Assembly (NCBI RefSeq): GCF_006345805.1
Contig: NC_043006.1
Coordinates: 21,018,001-21,082,000, forward strand
Origin: Octopus sinensis
Taxonomy: Eukaryota
Direction of reading: 5' to 3'
DNA length: 64,000 bases
Made by a program: the position numbers and the translations under genes. Numbering within the stretch: the first letter of the stretch is position 1; each line of letters begins with the position of its first letter. The notes beneath the pieces are model-generated. The model worked only from the letters and a program-made list of their open reading frames with translations, was not told where the DNA came from and did no database searches. This document shows positions 52,461 through 64,000 of this stretch, one piece after another.

Positions 52461-53104
52461 ATTATTATTATTAATATTATTATTCCCTCCTAACAAACTT
52501 CAGGCCATGTGCTAAGGTAGAAAGAAGGATTATTATTATCATTCAATTACCGTTAATATTGCAGCTTTCAGTTTTTAAATAGTTTTTTATCTCATTCGTT
52601 TGTTTATTTACCTCTTTCTACTCACCTAGTTTGTCGTCACCATTGCCATCATTATTTATTTACTCAGTTAATTATCTGTTCACTAATTCATCTTGCGGGA
52701 TATAATTTTTTTTAGTTCTTAATTCCCACATCTTCTATTCCCCTCCCCTTTTCTTTCTTATTTTTGTCTTTTACTCTTCTGTTTTTTTTTCTTCATAATT
52801 TTATACTTTCTCACTATCTTAAACATTTTTCAATATTTTTTCAATAGTTGCCTTTTCCAACATTTTCGATGTTTCTTTCATATTTTTATTCCAATTTCTT
52901 TATTTCTTTCTTTAATATTCTTAACAATATTCCCAATTCTCTACTTTGTATTTTCCATCTTTAGTTGATTGATGTTTTTCATTTGATTTTATCTATCACT
53001 ATCACCAATAATTACCATCAACTTACCTTTGAACTAGTAACCATTTTTTGTAAATCAGAACCTCTCCTGCTAAGATTTCTTTTCCCTTCTAGTGTTATAT
53101 CATT

Positions 53105-53161
<57 letters not shown>

Positions 53162-54577
53162 ATATATATATATATATATATCGATCTGTTTTGAATGCAG
53201 ACCAATCAACTATTATTCCTTCCCCACTGGTTCTAAGTTCATTAATTTACTCATTTACTATTTCTTTCCCCGAATTTTTCCATTGGCATTTTATTTACCA
53301 TTCTAACACCCTCCCTCCATACTTCATTTCGCCTCTCAAAACACATCTTTCCATTCCCCTCATTCTTCTTACTTCTTTCCCTCTTTTTTTCTGCTTCCAC
53401 TTTTCCAGTTTTTCCCCCATTTTTTCTGCTCTTTCCTCTTCCTTTCATTTCCTACTTCCTCTATCCTTTTCTGTTCTATCTTTTTATATTTCTCCTCTTG
53501 CTTCACTTCAACGTCACCAAAATACCCCACAAGAGCTCTATATCTAACTGTACAAATTCTATTATCCCTTCGGTCTTATTTTGCCTGAACAGAGTGAACA
53601 TCCACAGGTGAAACTCAGAGCAGCAAGGGACTGAACCGATTAAAATAAAATGTTAATTTTTACTATGTTACTGTGTACTCCTTTTCCCAACACTCAACCC
53701 TAAACGGATTTATATACACGTATGTATGTGTGTGTGTGCGTGTGTATGTGTACATATATGTATTTTTATGTATATAGGATTTATTATTAAGAAACTAAAA
53801 GAATAACACACAGTACATACTGTAGAGTTGTAGAGTGTACATAAAGTAAAAATCTATTTTATAATTTACTCTGATTTAAGGTCAGGCAAAACTGAATGGA
53901 TATCATATATTGACCAGGCACCGTTTAAGTCGATTCTCATTTTCCAGAGTGACAGGTGATAGTCTGTAATATATCGTTGCGGATTGTGTTGTAACTGAAT
54001 GCATTTTGCAACAGTTGAGTAGGTCATGGCAAACCATTTTGATTTTCAGGAATGAGAATACCTTACATCGGTTTTAGTATGCAAACATTGATAGCTATGC
54101 ATAATCCGAGAGCTCTATGACTTGTCAAAGAAATAGGTTTTCAGTGTCGGCAAATATACAATATTTCAAATCTTCAGTTCAGCGATATCAATGGCTGTTT
54201 CAAATTCTAGAACTTTTCATTGAAGCATAATTGCCTATCTCCAACTTCAATAGAGCATGGAGCCGTTCTGTCCAAAATACTTCAAGTTATCGTGTATTTT
54301 AGTTTCCAAACGAATTGGAACAATGAAGTGAATTTATATAAGTCCCTCTATCTGAGTGACTGTATATGCTTATTATATCTTTATTTAAAGATATTTACGG
54401 TGAACTCGATATAATCAGTTAGTGTCAAGGTTGCTCTACTCGTATCACAAAGTTAGAGAGATACAATACATTATGCTTTCTGTAAATACAAATGAATGTT
54501 TGGAGTACAGAAGGATGTTTGTGTGAATGTTCCTTGGATTATTGCGTAAAATTTCGGCCACACACAGACACACACGC

Positions 54578-54681
<104 letters not shown>

Positions 54682-54839
54682 TAAAAATATATAGTATGTG
54701 TGGATGTATATATATAAATGTACGAATGAGTGTACGTATATGTATGTATGTGTTATATCATAGATATGTGTGCACATATCAATCTTAAAAATATAAAACT
54801 AAGAATGTCTTCTGTGTATATGTGTGCATCACTAAAACT

Positions 54840-55849
54840 AGAGAACTACCCAACCAACACCACTAAAACCAACCCTATGGTCGCGATGACATCTTTATAC
54901 TCTGGCCCCACCAGGTAGCTGTCCAAGTGCTGTTAGATCATGTGAACTCAATAAAGCCATCCATACAGTTTACAATGGAAAAAGAAAAAGGCAATCAGCT
55001 AGCATTCCTGGAAGTATTATTAACACACACCAAGTATGGATTCAAGACATCCATATACTGCAAGCCGACCTTCACTTCAATTCCCACCATCCATACAGTG
55101 TAAAGAGAGGGATTCCTTAGTGCCTAAAGCATCGTGCAAAGAATATAAGTAGCGACCGTGATACACATCACGAAGAAATGATCAAGCTAAGTAACAATCT
55201 ATTAAGCAACAACTTCCCCAAAAACATACTATCCACTCCAGTTATGAAGAAAAGAGAGGACGAAACCAATAAACGGTCCACAGTCTGTCTACCCTATGTG
55301 AAAGGCCTCTCCGAAAAGGTATAAAAGATATGCGGCCCATATGACATCAGGACACTATTCAAGAGTAATACAACACTTTGCAAATATCTCCTTCGAGTAA
55401 AACCAACAATAAAAAATATGACCAAAGACTGCGTGAATCCATCCCATGCAGCTGTGGTAGGTTATACAAAGGTGAAACATGCCGCCCCCTCAAAATAAGG
55501 GTAGACGAACATCGCAAAGCTGTGACACGAGATGTTGATAAGTCGGGTATAGCTGATCATGTATGGAAAAATGGAGACCCCCCCCCCTGTGGGATGACAT
55601 TAAAATAATAGACAGAGAACACCACTAGAAAATACGAAGACTAAAAGGAGCAGCACATATGCTAGGACACCACAACCTCCTAAGCAGACCGAATGCAGAT
55701 ATGAATAGCATATGGGAACCGGTATTAAGGAAGGATAGCAAAATATTAGATTTATAAGCCCTAAAATTCACTCCATAATTGCCCAAGCAGAGGTTAAGAG
55801 CGTCGGCTGCTAACCCCAAGATTCCGAGTTCGTTTCCAAGCAGTGACCC

Positions 55850-55923
<74 letters not shown>

Positions 55924-55967
55924 GTAACAGTAATAATAATAATAATAATACAAATAATAATAATACA

Positions 55968-56033
<66 letters not shown>

Positions 56034-56203
56034 TCTAGGAATGAGAATCCAGGTTCGAAATTTCCTCCAAACTCCTGATGAAGGCTGGAGGGTATATCAG
56101 CCGAAACGTTGAGTTGCGAACAAACAAGATGAAGACAAATATCTGTCCAATCAAAATAATGTAAATAATGCACATAATTCCTCATCCCTTAAATATAGAA
56201 CTG
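54840..56203 (+). mobile_element. Penelope/Poseidon-type PLE, 5'-truncated: RT C-half, GIY-YIG, 3' UTR
   Basis: DDIFILW, IQFTMEKE..QLAFLEV, SHHPYSVKRGI, LPYVKGLSE, IPCSCGRLYKGETCRPLKIRVDEH..SGIADHVW. Several frameshifts; hammerhead motif in the 3' UTR. Confidence 0.92.
56070..56115 (+). ncRNA. Minimal type-I hammerhead ribozyme motif
   Basis: aactc-CTGATGA-a-ggctg(gagggtatat)cagcc-GAAA-cgtt-gagtt: stem I aactc/gagtt, stem II ggctg/cagcc, palindromic aacgtt in place of stem III as in PLE hammerheads. Confidence 0.8.
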
Positions 56204-56419
56204 TATCCAACCAGTTTCATTAAAATTTGACAAATGCACTACTCAGGATCGATAGTGTGTCATGGGCGAAAATTTTTTTCATATTCTTGCCTAATGCGGG
56301 TTTGGAGATATCTCTTATGCTGTTTCGGTATTACGTGTCAAAAGTGAAACAATAGCATTTCTATTGTAATGTGAGATAATAGTTTTACTATTATTACTAT
56401 TAATAGTGAAACTACTATC

Positions 56420-56489
56420 TTATATTACATATATACATGCATACATAAATACATACATACATACATACATACATACATACATACATACA

Positions 56490-56548
<59 letters not shown>

Positions 56549-56877
56549 ATGTATGCATGTATATATGTTTATATATATCTGTACATATATATGTATGTAT
56601 ATATGTAAATGTATACATATATATAGATAAATATATGTATGCATGCATGTGTGTATATATATATGGTACGTATATATGAATGTGTATGTATATATATATA
56701 ATGTATCTCTATAGATGTATATGGATATATGTATGTATATGTATGTATATATATATATATATATATACATATACATACATATATACATGTATATATATAT
56801 ATATATATATATGTATATGCATATATATATATAGGTGTATATGTATATATATGTACATATATATAGTGCATGTATAC

Positions 56878-56908
<31 letters not shown>

Positions 56909-57058
56909 GTATATATATATATCTAGATGCATATATATTTGTATATTTATATGTATATATATATATGTATATATGTATATTTACATATATATGTATATAT
57001 ATATATGTACATATATATGTATATATATACGTATATATACATATGTATATATATATAT

Positions 57059-57096
<38 letters not shown>
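56420..57096. repeat. Complex (TACA)n/(TA)n microsatellite
   Basis: Direct inspection. Confidence 0.95.
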
Positions 57097-57099
<3 letters not shown>

Positions 57100-57219
57100 C
57101 ATAAAAATATGTTAGAAAAGTTAGAAACTACTCGTGGAAATGTAAGGGGAAAGTAAGAAGAAAAGTGAAAATGTACATTGGAAATCAAAAAAAGTAAAAG
57201 ATTTTTAGGAAAAGTAACG

Positions 57220-57985
57220 ATAGATATATACAATTAGATGAACTGAGAACTGAGATTAATACTAATCAAAAGACATTACCCAATATCATTAATATATGAT
57301 GGCATTAAACGAGCAAAGGAAATAGATATACGAACATTAAGGCAAGTCAACCGAAATACTAAACCAGACTTTAAAATACTCCCATACATCTCCGCACATA
57401 ACCCTCGAAACAATAAAGCTTTCAACATTATCGTCAAAAATCGAATCATCCTTACAGGAAATAAAGCAATAAACAAAATTTTACGCTCAAACAAAATTAT
57501 TAAAAGCAAAATGCAACCGAAATCATTGAAAAAAATATTAACCTGCGCAAGACTATATCCATTAACAACAAAATCAAAAGCAAAAAAATGTGGTCGTCCT
57601 AACTGGAACATGCCCCCACCTTTTGGAGGGTTCAGAGTTCCACTTTAAACAAGGTGAAATATTTTTAGATTAAATTTCACCTGTGTCTCGGAAAACCTGA
57701 TCTATGCTATTACCTGCTTAGGGTGCGGTAATCAGTATATTGGCCAAACAAGAATATCACTCCGTCGAAGACCCACTCTCCACAAAGAACAAATCCGCCA
57801 CCCCCAATACAGATAGATACATGTCAGTGAACACATAGAAATGTGTGCTAGGAAACTTAATCCTAATTTCCTAATTTTCCCTTTCTATCGATGTTCATAG
57901 AATACCTCAGTACGACAAAGAATGAATAAAGAGGTAAATTTCATCAATAAATATCTTCCACAACTCAATATGAACACATAACATA
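57220..57985 (+). mobile_element. Neptune-type PLE fragment (thumb, Cys-rich linker, GIY-YIG)
   Basis: YPISLI..GIKRA, QPKSLKKIL, KKCGRPN/TCPHL, FTCVSENLIYAITCLGCGNQYIGQT..SLRRR..LH..HVSEHI. Confidence 0.88.
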
Positions 57986-58426
57986 ATACATAACACTACT
58001 AACCCTGCAATTAATACCACTAACCCCCATACATCCCATACACCATTCACATTATAGATCTATAGCTACCCTAAGTGCACCAAATCCAAAACTACTTCCC
58101 TCCCTTACACATAATATTTTTACCAAGGACTAATCGGTGCGCATTCAAAGTCAGTGAACAGTAATTTTACAAAACCAATGTCTTTGAATCTCTTTAACAA
58201 TTCACAATAATGACTTTCATTATTTTTATTCCTATACTTATATATATATGAGATAAAGTCAGCAGAAAAAGACAAACCGTATGTTTCCTCAACAATTTTT
58301 TAATGGTACTATTTAATTCAATAATTTTATCGGTTCATTCAAAAGTAAATATTTAAATATGTATAAAATTGTTTTTAAATATTTCTACGTAATTAAAAAT
58401 AAAATTTCTTTTTTTTTATTTTCCAG

Positions 58427-59789
58427 GCTTGATATTCTCATCAATAATGCAGCGATTGGAGTAACTGATAATGAAATGTCCAAACAAGGTTTCGACTTGA
58501 CTTTCGCTACAAACCACCTCGGCCATTTTCTGTTGACCCATCTATTGCTCGATCTTATGAAAAAATCTGCACCCAGTCGCATTATAAATGTTAGTTCAAA
58601 AGTGCACGAATTTGTTCACGCTCCGCTTGATTTCACCCTTCACCGAGAAGACTCAAATATAAAATACAGCAAACTTGAAGGCTATGCTGCGAGTAAATTA
58701 GCTAATATTTACCATAGTCGATTCCTCAGTGAAGAACTTACTGGGACGAAAGTCACCATTAACGCCATGCATCCGGGTTTTGTACGAACAAACATTATGA
58801 AAAGAAATGTGAAAGATACTTGTAAACGTTTGGTCAACATCGTATGCGCCTACACATCTGTTTGGTTCGGTCGTGCACCAGAAGATGCAGCAAAAACCTT
58901 GGTTTATATGGCTGTCGACCCCGAATTGACCGAAGTAACTGGAGAGTATTTCGAAAACGTTAGCATACAAACTAAAAGTTTGTCAAGTTTAGCTCTTGAC
59001 AAAGAGCAAGCGAGAAAGATGAGGGAAATTAGTTTCTTAGCTTGCAAAGATTATTTGGATTTACCTGAAGATATAGCGAAAGTAGAAGAAGTAGGAGCTT
59101 TGCAGGAAGAGAATGTACAGAAGGAAGAAGAAGGTACTCACGAGGGATTGGCTGAAACGAAAACTGAAACGGAAACTGAAACGAAAGCAGATCCAGAAAA
59201 TAGTTGTTCGAATATATCTACAACTCCATGTGAATCATCATTTCCACCAAAAGCAAGCAAAGAAGAAGCATCAGTAGCAGCAGCAGCAGCCACAACGGTT
59301 GCAGCAGCAGCAGCCACAACGGTTGAAGCATCAGCTGAAACAGCAGCCACGGAAATTGACGCAGCATCAGCGGAAGTAGCAGAAACCATTAAAGCTGCGA
59401 CTGCTGAATCAACGAACGTGTCAGCACCTGAAATACATACCATTTCCGAGTCAGATTTACCCACTCCACCTTGTTCTTTCACACCTTCTTCACTCGACGC
59501 CCTTAATAATAAAAACTCAGAGGAGATTGAAGACCTTTCTGCTGACGTTTATTCTTCGACGAACGAAAGCAAAGAAACAGTACAGGAAGCGATTTACAAA
59601 CCACTGATACTTCCAGAAATTACTGAGTCAAACGAACACTACCCACCAGCTGAGGTCGATTCCAACTTGAATTGCGACCCATCAACTGCTTGTTCGGATC
59701 GTACGAGCAGCAGTCGCGAGGACTCTCCTTTAATTACCCTTGATGACACTGAAAACTCGGATAACCTTCATGAGGAAGAAACGTTTTAA
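58427..59789 (+). CDS. Terminal coding exon of an RDH11-14-like short-chain dehydrogenase/reductase with a long acidic C-terminal extension
   Basis: Polypyrimidine tract and ttccAG acceptor (58425-58426). Open frame (R)LDILINNAAI...FATNHLGHFLLT.LLLD...SRIINVSS...YAASKLAN (YxxxK)...HPGFVRT...G.YF, then ~240 aa rich in E/A/S/T, TAA at 59787-59789. The TGxxxGIG exon(s) were not found. Confidence 0.9.
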
Positions 59790-60202
59790 AAAAAAGACCT
59801 AAATTGATTGTAATTAGACAACTTTTGTAGAGACACTGACCTCTCCACTCAATGCAACATGTTCCTCACACAACATATACATACACGCACACACTTATAT
59901 TTATACATGTAAATATGCACACACTCGCGCACACGTACATACACACATATATATGTATATATGTATGTTTCAAAAGGTGCACTGGAAGGCGTGACATGTT
60001 ACCAAATGTGTTGGGTAAGTTACCAAGTTCCACAATAACCCTTATTATTCCAGTTAAGCCTGCGTGCGAGGTCAGCGCAAATATATAAAAAGAAAACAAA
60101 TAACATGACCTGTATGATATGCTTTACGCAACGTACACATGTTCAGTAAGCCTACAACCGTTATAACACAATGCATTGGACTTCATCAGCAATAAGCTTT
60201 CA

Positions 60203-60328
<126 letters not shown>

Positions 60329-60553
60329 CTATCATTAGAGGCAGTGCATTGGCAGACCCTTATATCGTCGGATAAAATGACTTGCGATATTTCTTCGGGT
60401 TTTCAAATTTCTGAGTTCAATTACCGTCGAGATTAACTTTATCTCTCATCCGCCTGAAGTCCATAAAAAAAGCACCAGTTATGGACTGGGGTCGGTGTAA
60501 TAGACTAATCCCGCCCCTACCAAATTTCAGGCCTTCTGCCTTTAGTAGAAAGG

Positions 60554-60630
<77 letters not shown>

Positions 60631-61618
60631 GTTCTGCTCTAATGTTTTGCAGCATCAGTCTCTAGTAAGTAGTTTTATTATATCAACGAAAAATAAATTC
60701 CTTCTCCACGCATAAAAATAAAGTTTTTCTTTCAACTCTAAACCATTTTCTGTCACTATTTTATCATATTACTGATTTAAACGCAGTTTCCTTGATTCCA
60801 TCGTCTTTTGCAATAAATTTTTGAACGATGAGTTTCATTTTCAGATAGAATAAGACAATAGTATTTGGAATGAAAAATGAAATAAAGATTTCTTCCATAT
60901 GAATGAAGCTTCCTATTGATTTGATGGGGAAAAACGAGAATGGTAAATATTTATGATCGTATTTAGAATAATAAAGAAATATGAAAAGCATCCGGTTGCT
61001 AATCCCAATCGATATTGCATCCGAACTTTTCTCTGGTCTGCTGAGTGAGAGAACTGCTTTCTCTACTCAAATCCTGCTATCCGTCGATTTTTACATTTAT
61101 CTTACTAGATTGGATAAAATATGTGACAATTTTTTCATTATATTTTTATTACATAGTTTTTTTTTTGCGCATGTTAAAAATTCATATTGTGTTAGCACAA
61201 GAATAACACTTTTTAAAATTTTGAGAATCGGTGTTCACAAAATTGTGGTATCGTACTTCGTAAGGAAGATTTTACATATTGTACCCTGTTAGCAATAAAA
61301 TCACCTGCTCATGACAAATAATCTTCATTAGTTTTCATTAAATCTTCATTATTCAATCCACTTCTCTCAAATTAATCATCAAGAGAAGTCACACCTTTGC
61401 TATATGTAGGGGAATATTGTATAACTAATGAGAAATGAATTAAATTTTTCTTTACTGTAGATAGCACTCCAATATATTTTCCACAACAGACCCGAACTTT
61501 AACAAGGGTTCTGTCTTTAAACAGCACGTTCAATGATATAATGCTGTAGAATATATAAATTTGAATTTGTATGTAATGTGAATAAAGCAGTGGGAGGTGA
61601 TAAGAAGAAAAGGAGGAG

Positions 61619-61947
61619 GGAAGCACTCCGTCGGTTATGACGATGAGGGTTCCGGTTGATCCGAATCAACGGAACAGCCTGCTCGTGAAATTAACGTGTA
61701 AGTGGTTGAGCACTCCACAGACACGTGCACCCTTAACGTAGTTCTCGGGGATATTCAGCGTGACACAGAGAGTGACAAGGCCGGCCCCTTGAAATACAGG
61801 TACAACAGAAACAGGAAGTAAGAGTGAGAGAAAGTTGCGGTGAAAGAGTACAGCAGGGATCACCACCATCCCTGCCGGATCCTCGTGGAGCTTTAGGTGT
61901 TTTCGCTCAATAAACACTCACAACGCCCGGTCTGGGAATCGAAACCG
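61619..61947 (-). mobile_element. SINE family B, head truncated and joined to family C copies
   Basis: B body on the minus strand to gaatcgaaaccg, then family C (+) 61945-62310. Confidence 0.88.
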
Positions 61948-62624
61948 CCGTTATGTTCTGAGTTCAAATTCCGCCGAGGTCAACTTTGCCTTTTATCGGG
62001 GTTGATTAAATAAGTACCAGTTACGCTCTGGGGTCGATATAAATGACTTAATCCGTTTTTCTGTTCTTGTTTCTGCTCTCTGTGTTTAGCCCCCTGTGGG
62101 CAATAAAGAAATAAGAAGCGTTAGCATGCAGGGCAAAATGCTTAGCGGTATTTCATCCGCCTTTATGTTCTGAGTTCAAATTCATCCGAAGCTGAGTTTG
62201 CCTTTCACCCTTTCGGGATCAATGAAAAGAGTTGAGGACTGGGGCCGATGTAATCGACTAGCCTCCTCCACCGAACTTGCTAGCCTTGTGTCAAACTTTG
62301 AAACCAATATTAACAATGGTCAAAAGCGGCGAGCTGGCAGAATCGTTAGCATGCCTAGCAAAATGCTTTACGTTTCGTCCATCTTCACGTCTGGCAAGGT
62401 CATCTTTGCATACACATTCTTTCGATATCGGGCACTGGTAGCGCGGCGGAGCAACGGGCGACCGGCGCAAGCCTGCCGCTGGCGTCCCCGCGGCGCGTAG
62501 ACGAACGGGGAAAGCAAGGTGGCGTGAACCCTAACCCAGCTGAGCATTGGGGTCGATGTAATTGACTTACCTTCTGCCCCGAAATTGCTGGCCTTGTGCC
62601 AAAATTTAATATCAGTGATAACAA

Positions 62625-62800
62625 GGGTTTATGTTAACACTAGTTCTTATTAGCAGTGGTTTATATTAATGGTGGTTTCCGTTAACATTGATTGCTGCGA
62701 GTTTATATTAACATTGGTTCGTGTTAACACAGGCTTATGTTAAACTCTGCTTTATATCAATATCGGTTACTGGTCTCAGTTGATCCTAGTTCGTATTAAC
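62625..62800. repeat. Degenerate ~15-bp minisatellite (ggtttatattaacat-like)
   Basis: About ten diverged units, e.g. ggtttatgttaacac, ggtttatattaatgg, ggttcgtgttaacac. Confidence 0.65.
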
Positions 62801-63261
62801 CCAAAATTGATTTCAAATCTTGGCACAAGGCCAGCAATTTCGAAAAAGGTGGATAAGTCAATTACGTTGACCCCCAATGCTCAACCGGTAATCATTTTAA
62901 CGAAACCGAAAAGATGAAAGGCAAAATCGACCTCGGAATTTAAGCTCAGAACTTAAAGATGGGCGAAATATCTTTGAGCATTTTGTCCGGTGTGCTCACG
63001 ATTTTGCCACTTCGCTCCCTTAATATTACCAACGTTTATCAATGTTAAGCAAACAGATTACCTGTGATGTAGATTTTCAGCGTTCTTCAGTTTTCCCATC
63101 TTAAGTTTTCTTTGTATGCTTTTCATTCTTTGGGACTTTTATTTGTTCTTTCTGGTACTTTTAATGGCTTTCCAGGTAGTTTTGTTTCTTCATGTTACAT
63201 GTTTTGGTAACCAGTTTAGAACATTGGTGATTTCCATTTGATGGCATTTTTATATTCTTGC

Positions 63262-63702
63262 GGATCTTTTCGGTTTGACCGGTAGTTTTTTCTCGCGGTG
63301 TCATATGAAATTGTCACCCATAATTATGACCCTAGAATCGATCTATTGCATTTCAATCTCTTTTAGGGTTAGGGTTAGTTAGGGTTGGTTAGGGTTAGGG
63401 TTAGGGTGGGGGAAGGGTATCTTTTTTTCTTCACAAATGTAAATAAATCCAAACTGTTTCTTAAACGAAGGACATACTCATACAGCACAGAATGTTTTTT
63501 AACTCATTAGACGTCACTGATTGGTTGAAATTGTAGAAATTGAAGAATAAAAACAACAAATATCTAACAAACTATAGAATTTTCTCAATAAAGTCAAGAG
63601 AAAAAGATGTCTTATAAACACATTCTACCAGTATACGAAGTTTCAAATTTTTTAGTTACCTAGAAATTATGTTAAAAACTGCCGTTCAAACCGAAAATAT
63701 CC
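63262..63702 (+). mobile_element. TTAGGG-containing MITE
   Basis: Same TIRs as 8432-8854; longer internal ttagggttagggttagttagggttggttagggttagggttaggg. Confidence 0.9.
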
Positions 63703-64000
63703 ATTTTGCTATTTGTTACATTCATATTTGTTATTTTGTTTCCAGCTGTTCCAACTTATTTCCTTTTAAAACATTATAGTCCTTAGCTGCCCATGTGTCC
63801 CCCATATTTCTTTCTCAAAAAATATCTTTTGTTTCTTGTTGTTTACGACGCATTAATTTCTATTTTGGTTTGATCAAGTTCTTGCTAAAACCCTTCGGGA
63901 TTGGTGATGATTTTTTTGCTTAGTTCAAAGAAATATCTTTGTTTCCTATGATGACGAATTCCCTTACTATTCAGGAAAATGTTTCTTATATGAAAATTTC

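Noticed and set aside
58359-58426. ATG-initiated N-terminus MYKIVFKY... of the 476-aa ORF
   Set aside because: It is the intron's polypyrimidine tract and acceptor; it lacks the SDR TGxxxGIG cofactor motif, so the true start is in an upstream exon.
63362-63406. True telomere or chromosome-fusion scar
   Set aside because: The TTAGGG tract is internal to a multi-copy MITE.

Overview
AT-rich, repeat-dense eukaryotic genomic DNA. The tRNA-derived SINE families and the extreme (TA)n/(CA)n/(AAT)n microsatellite load look like an Octopus (cephalopod) genome; this is my recognition, not a database result. Most ORFs in the six-frame track are microsatellite or SINE artefacts. The one convincing host coding feature is a large terminal exon (58427-59789, +) of an RDH11-14-like short-chain dehydrogenase/reductase (SDR) with a long acidic tail. 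A disrupted duplicate of that exon lies at about 40795-43257, inside an old tandem segmental duplication. The rest is mobile DNA: a full-length but decayed mariner, an internally deleted hAT/Buster element, hAT MITEs, a MITE carrying TTAGGG repeats, non-autonomous Helitrons, several Penelope-like (PLE) fragments with minimal hammerhead motifs, CR1/RTE LINE tails, a Mag/gypsy gag remnant and at least four SINE families. The most unusual items are (i) a 355-nt rod-folding unit with 77-nt terminal redundancy and a 10-bp TSD, an architecture like a circular-RNA or retrozyme insertion, (ii) SINE multimers with a fixed tail-to-anticodon-arm junction, (iii) a tRNA-like head plus hammerhead module in a PLE 3' end, and (iv) an apparent gene-conversion tract over the SDR acidic tail.
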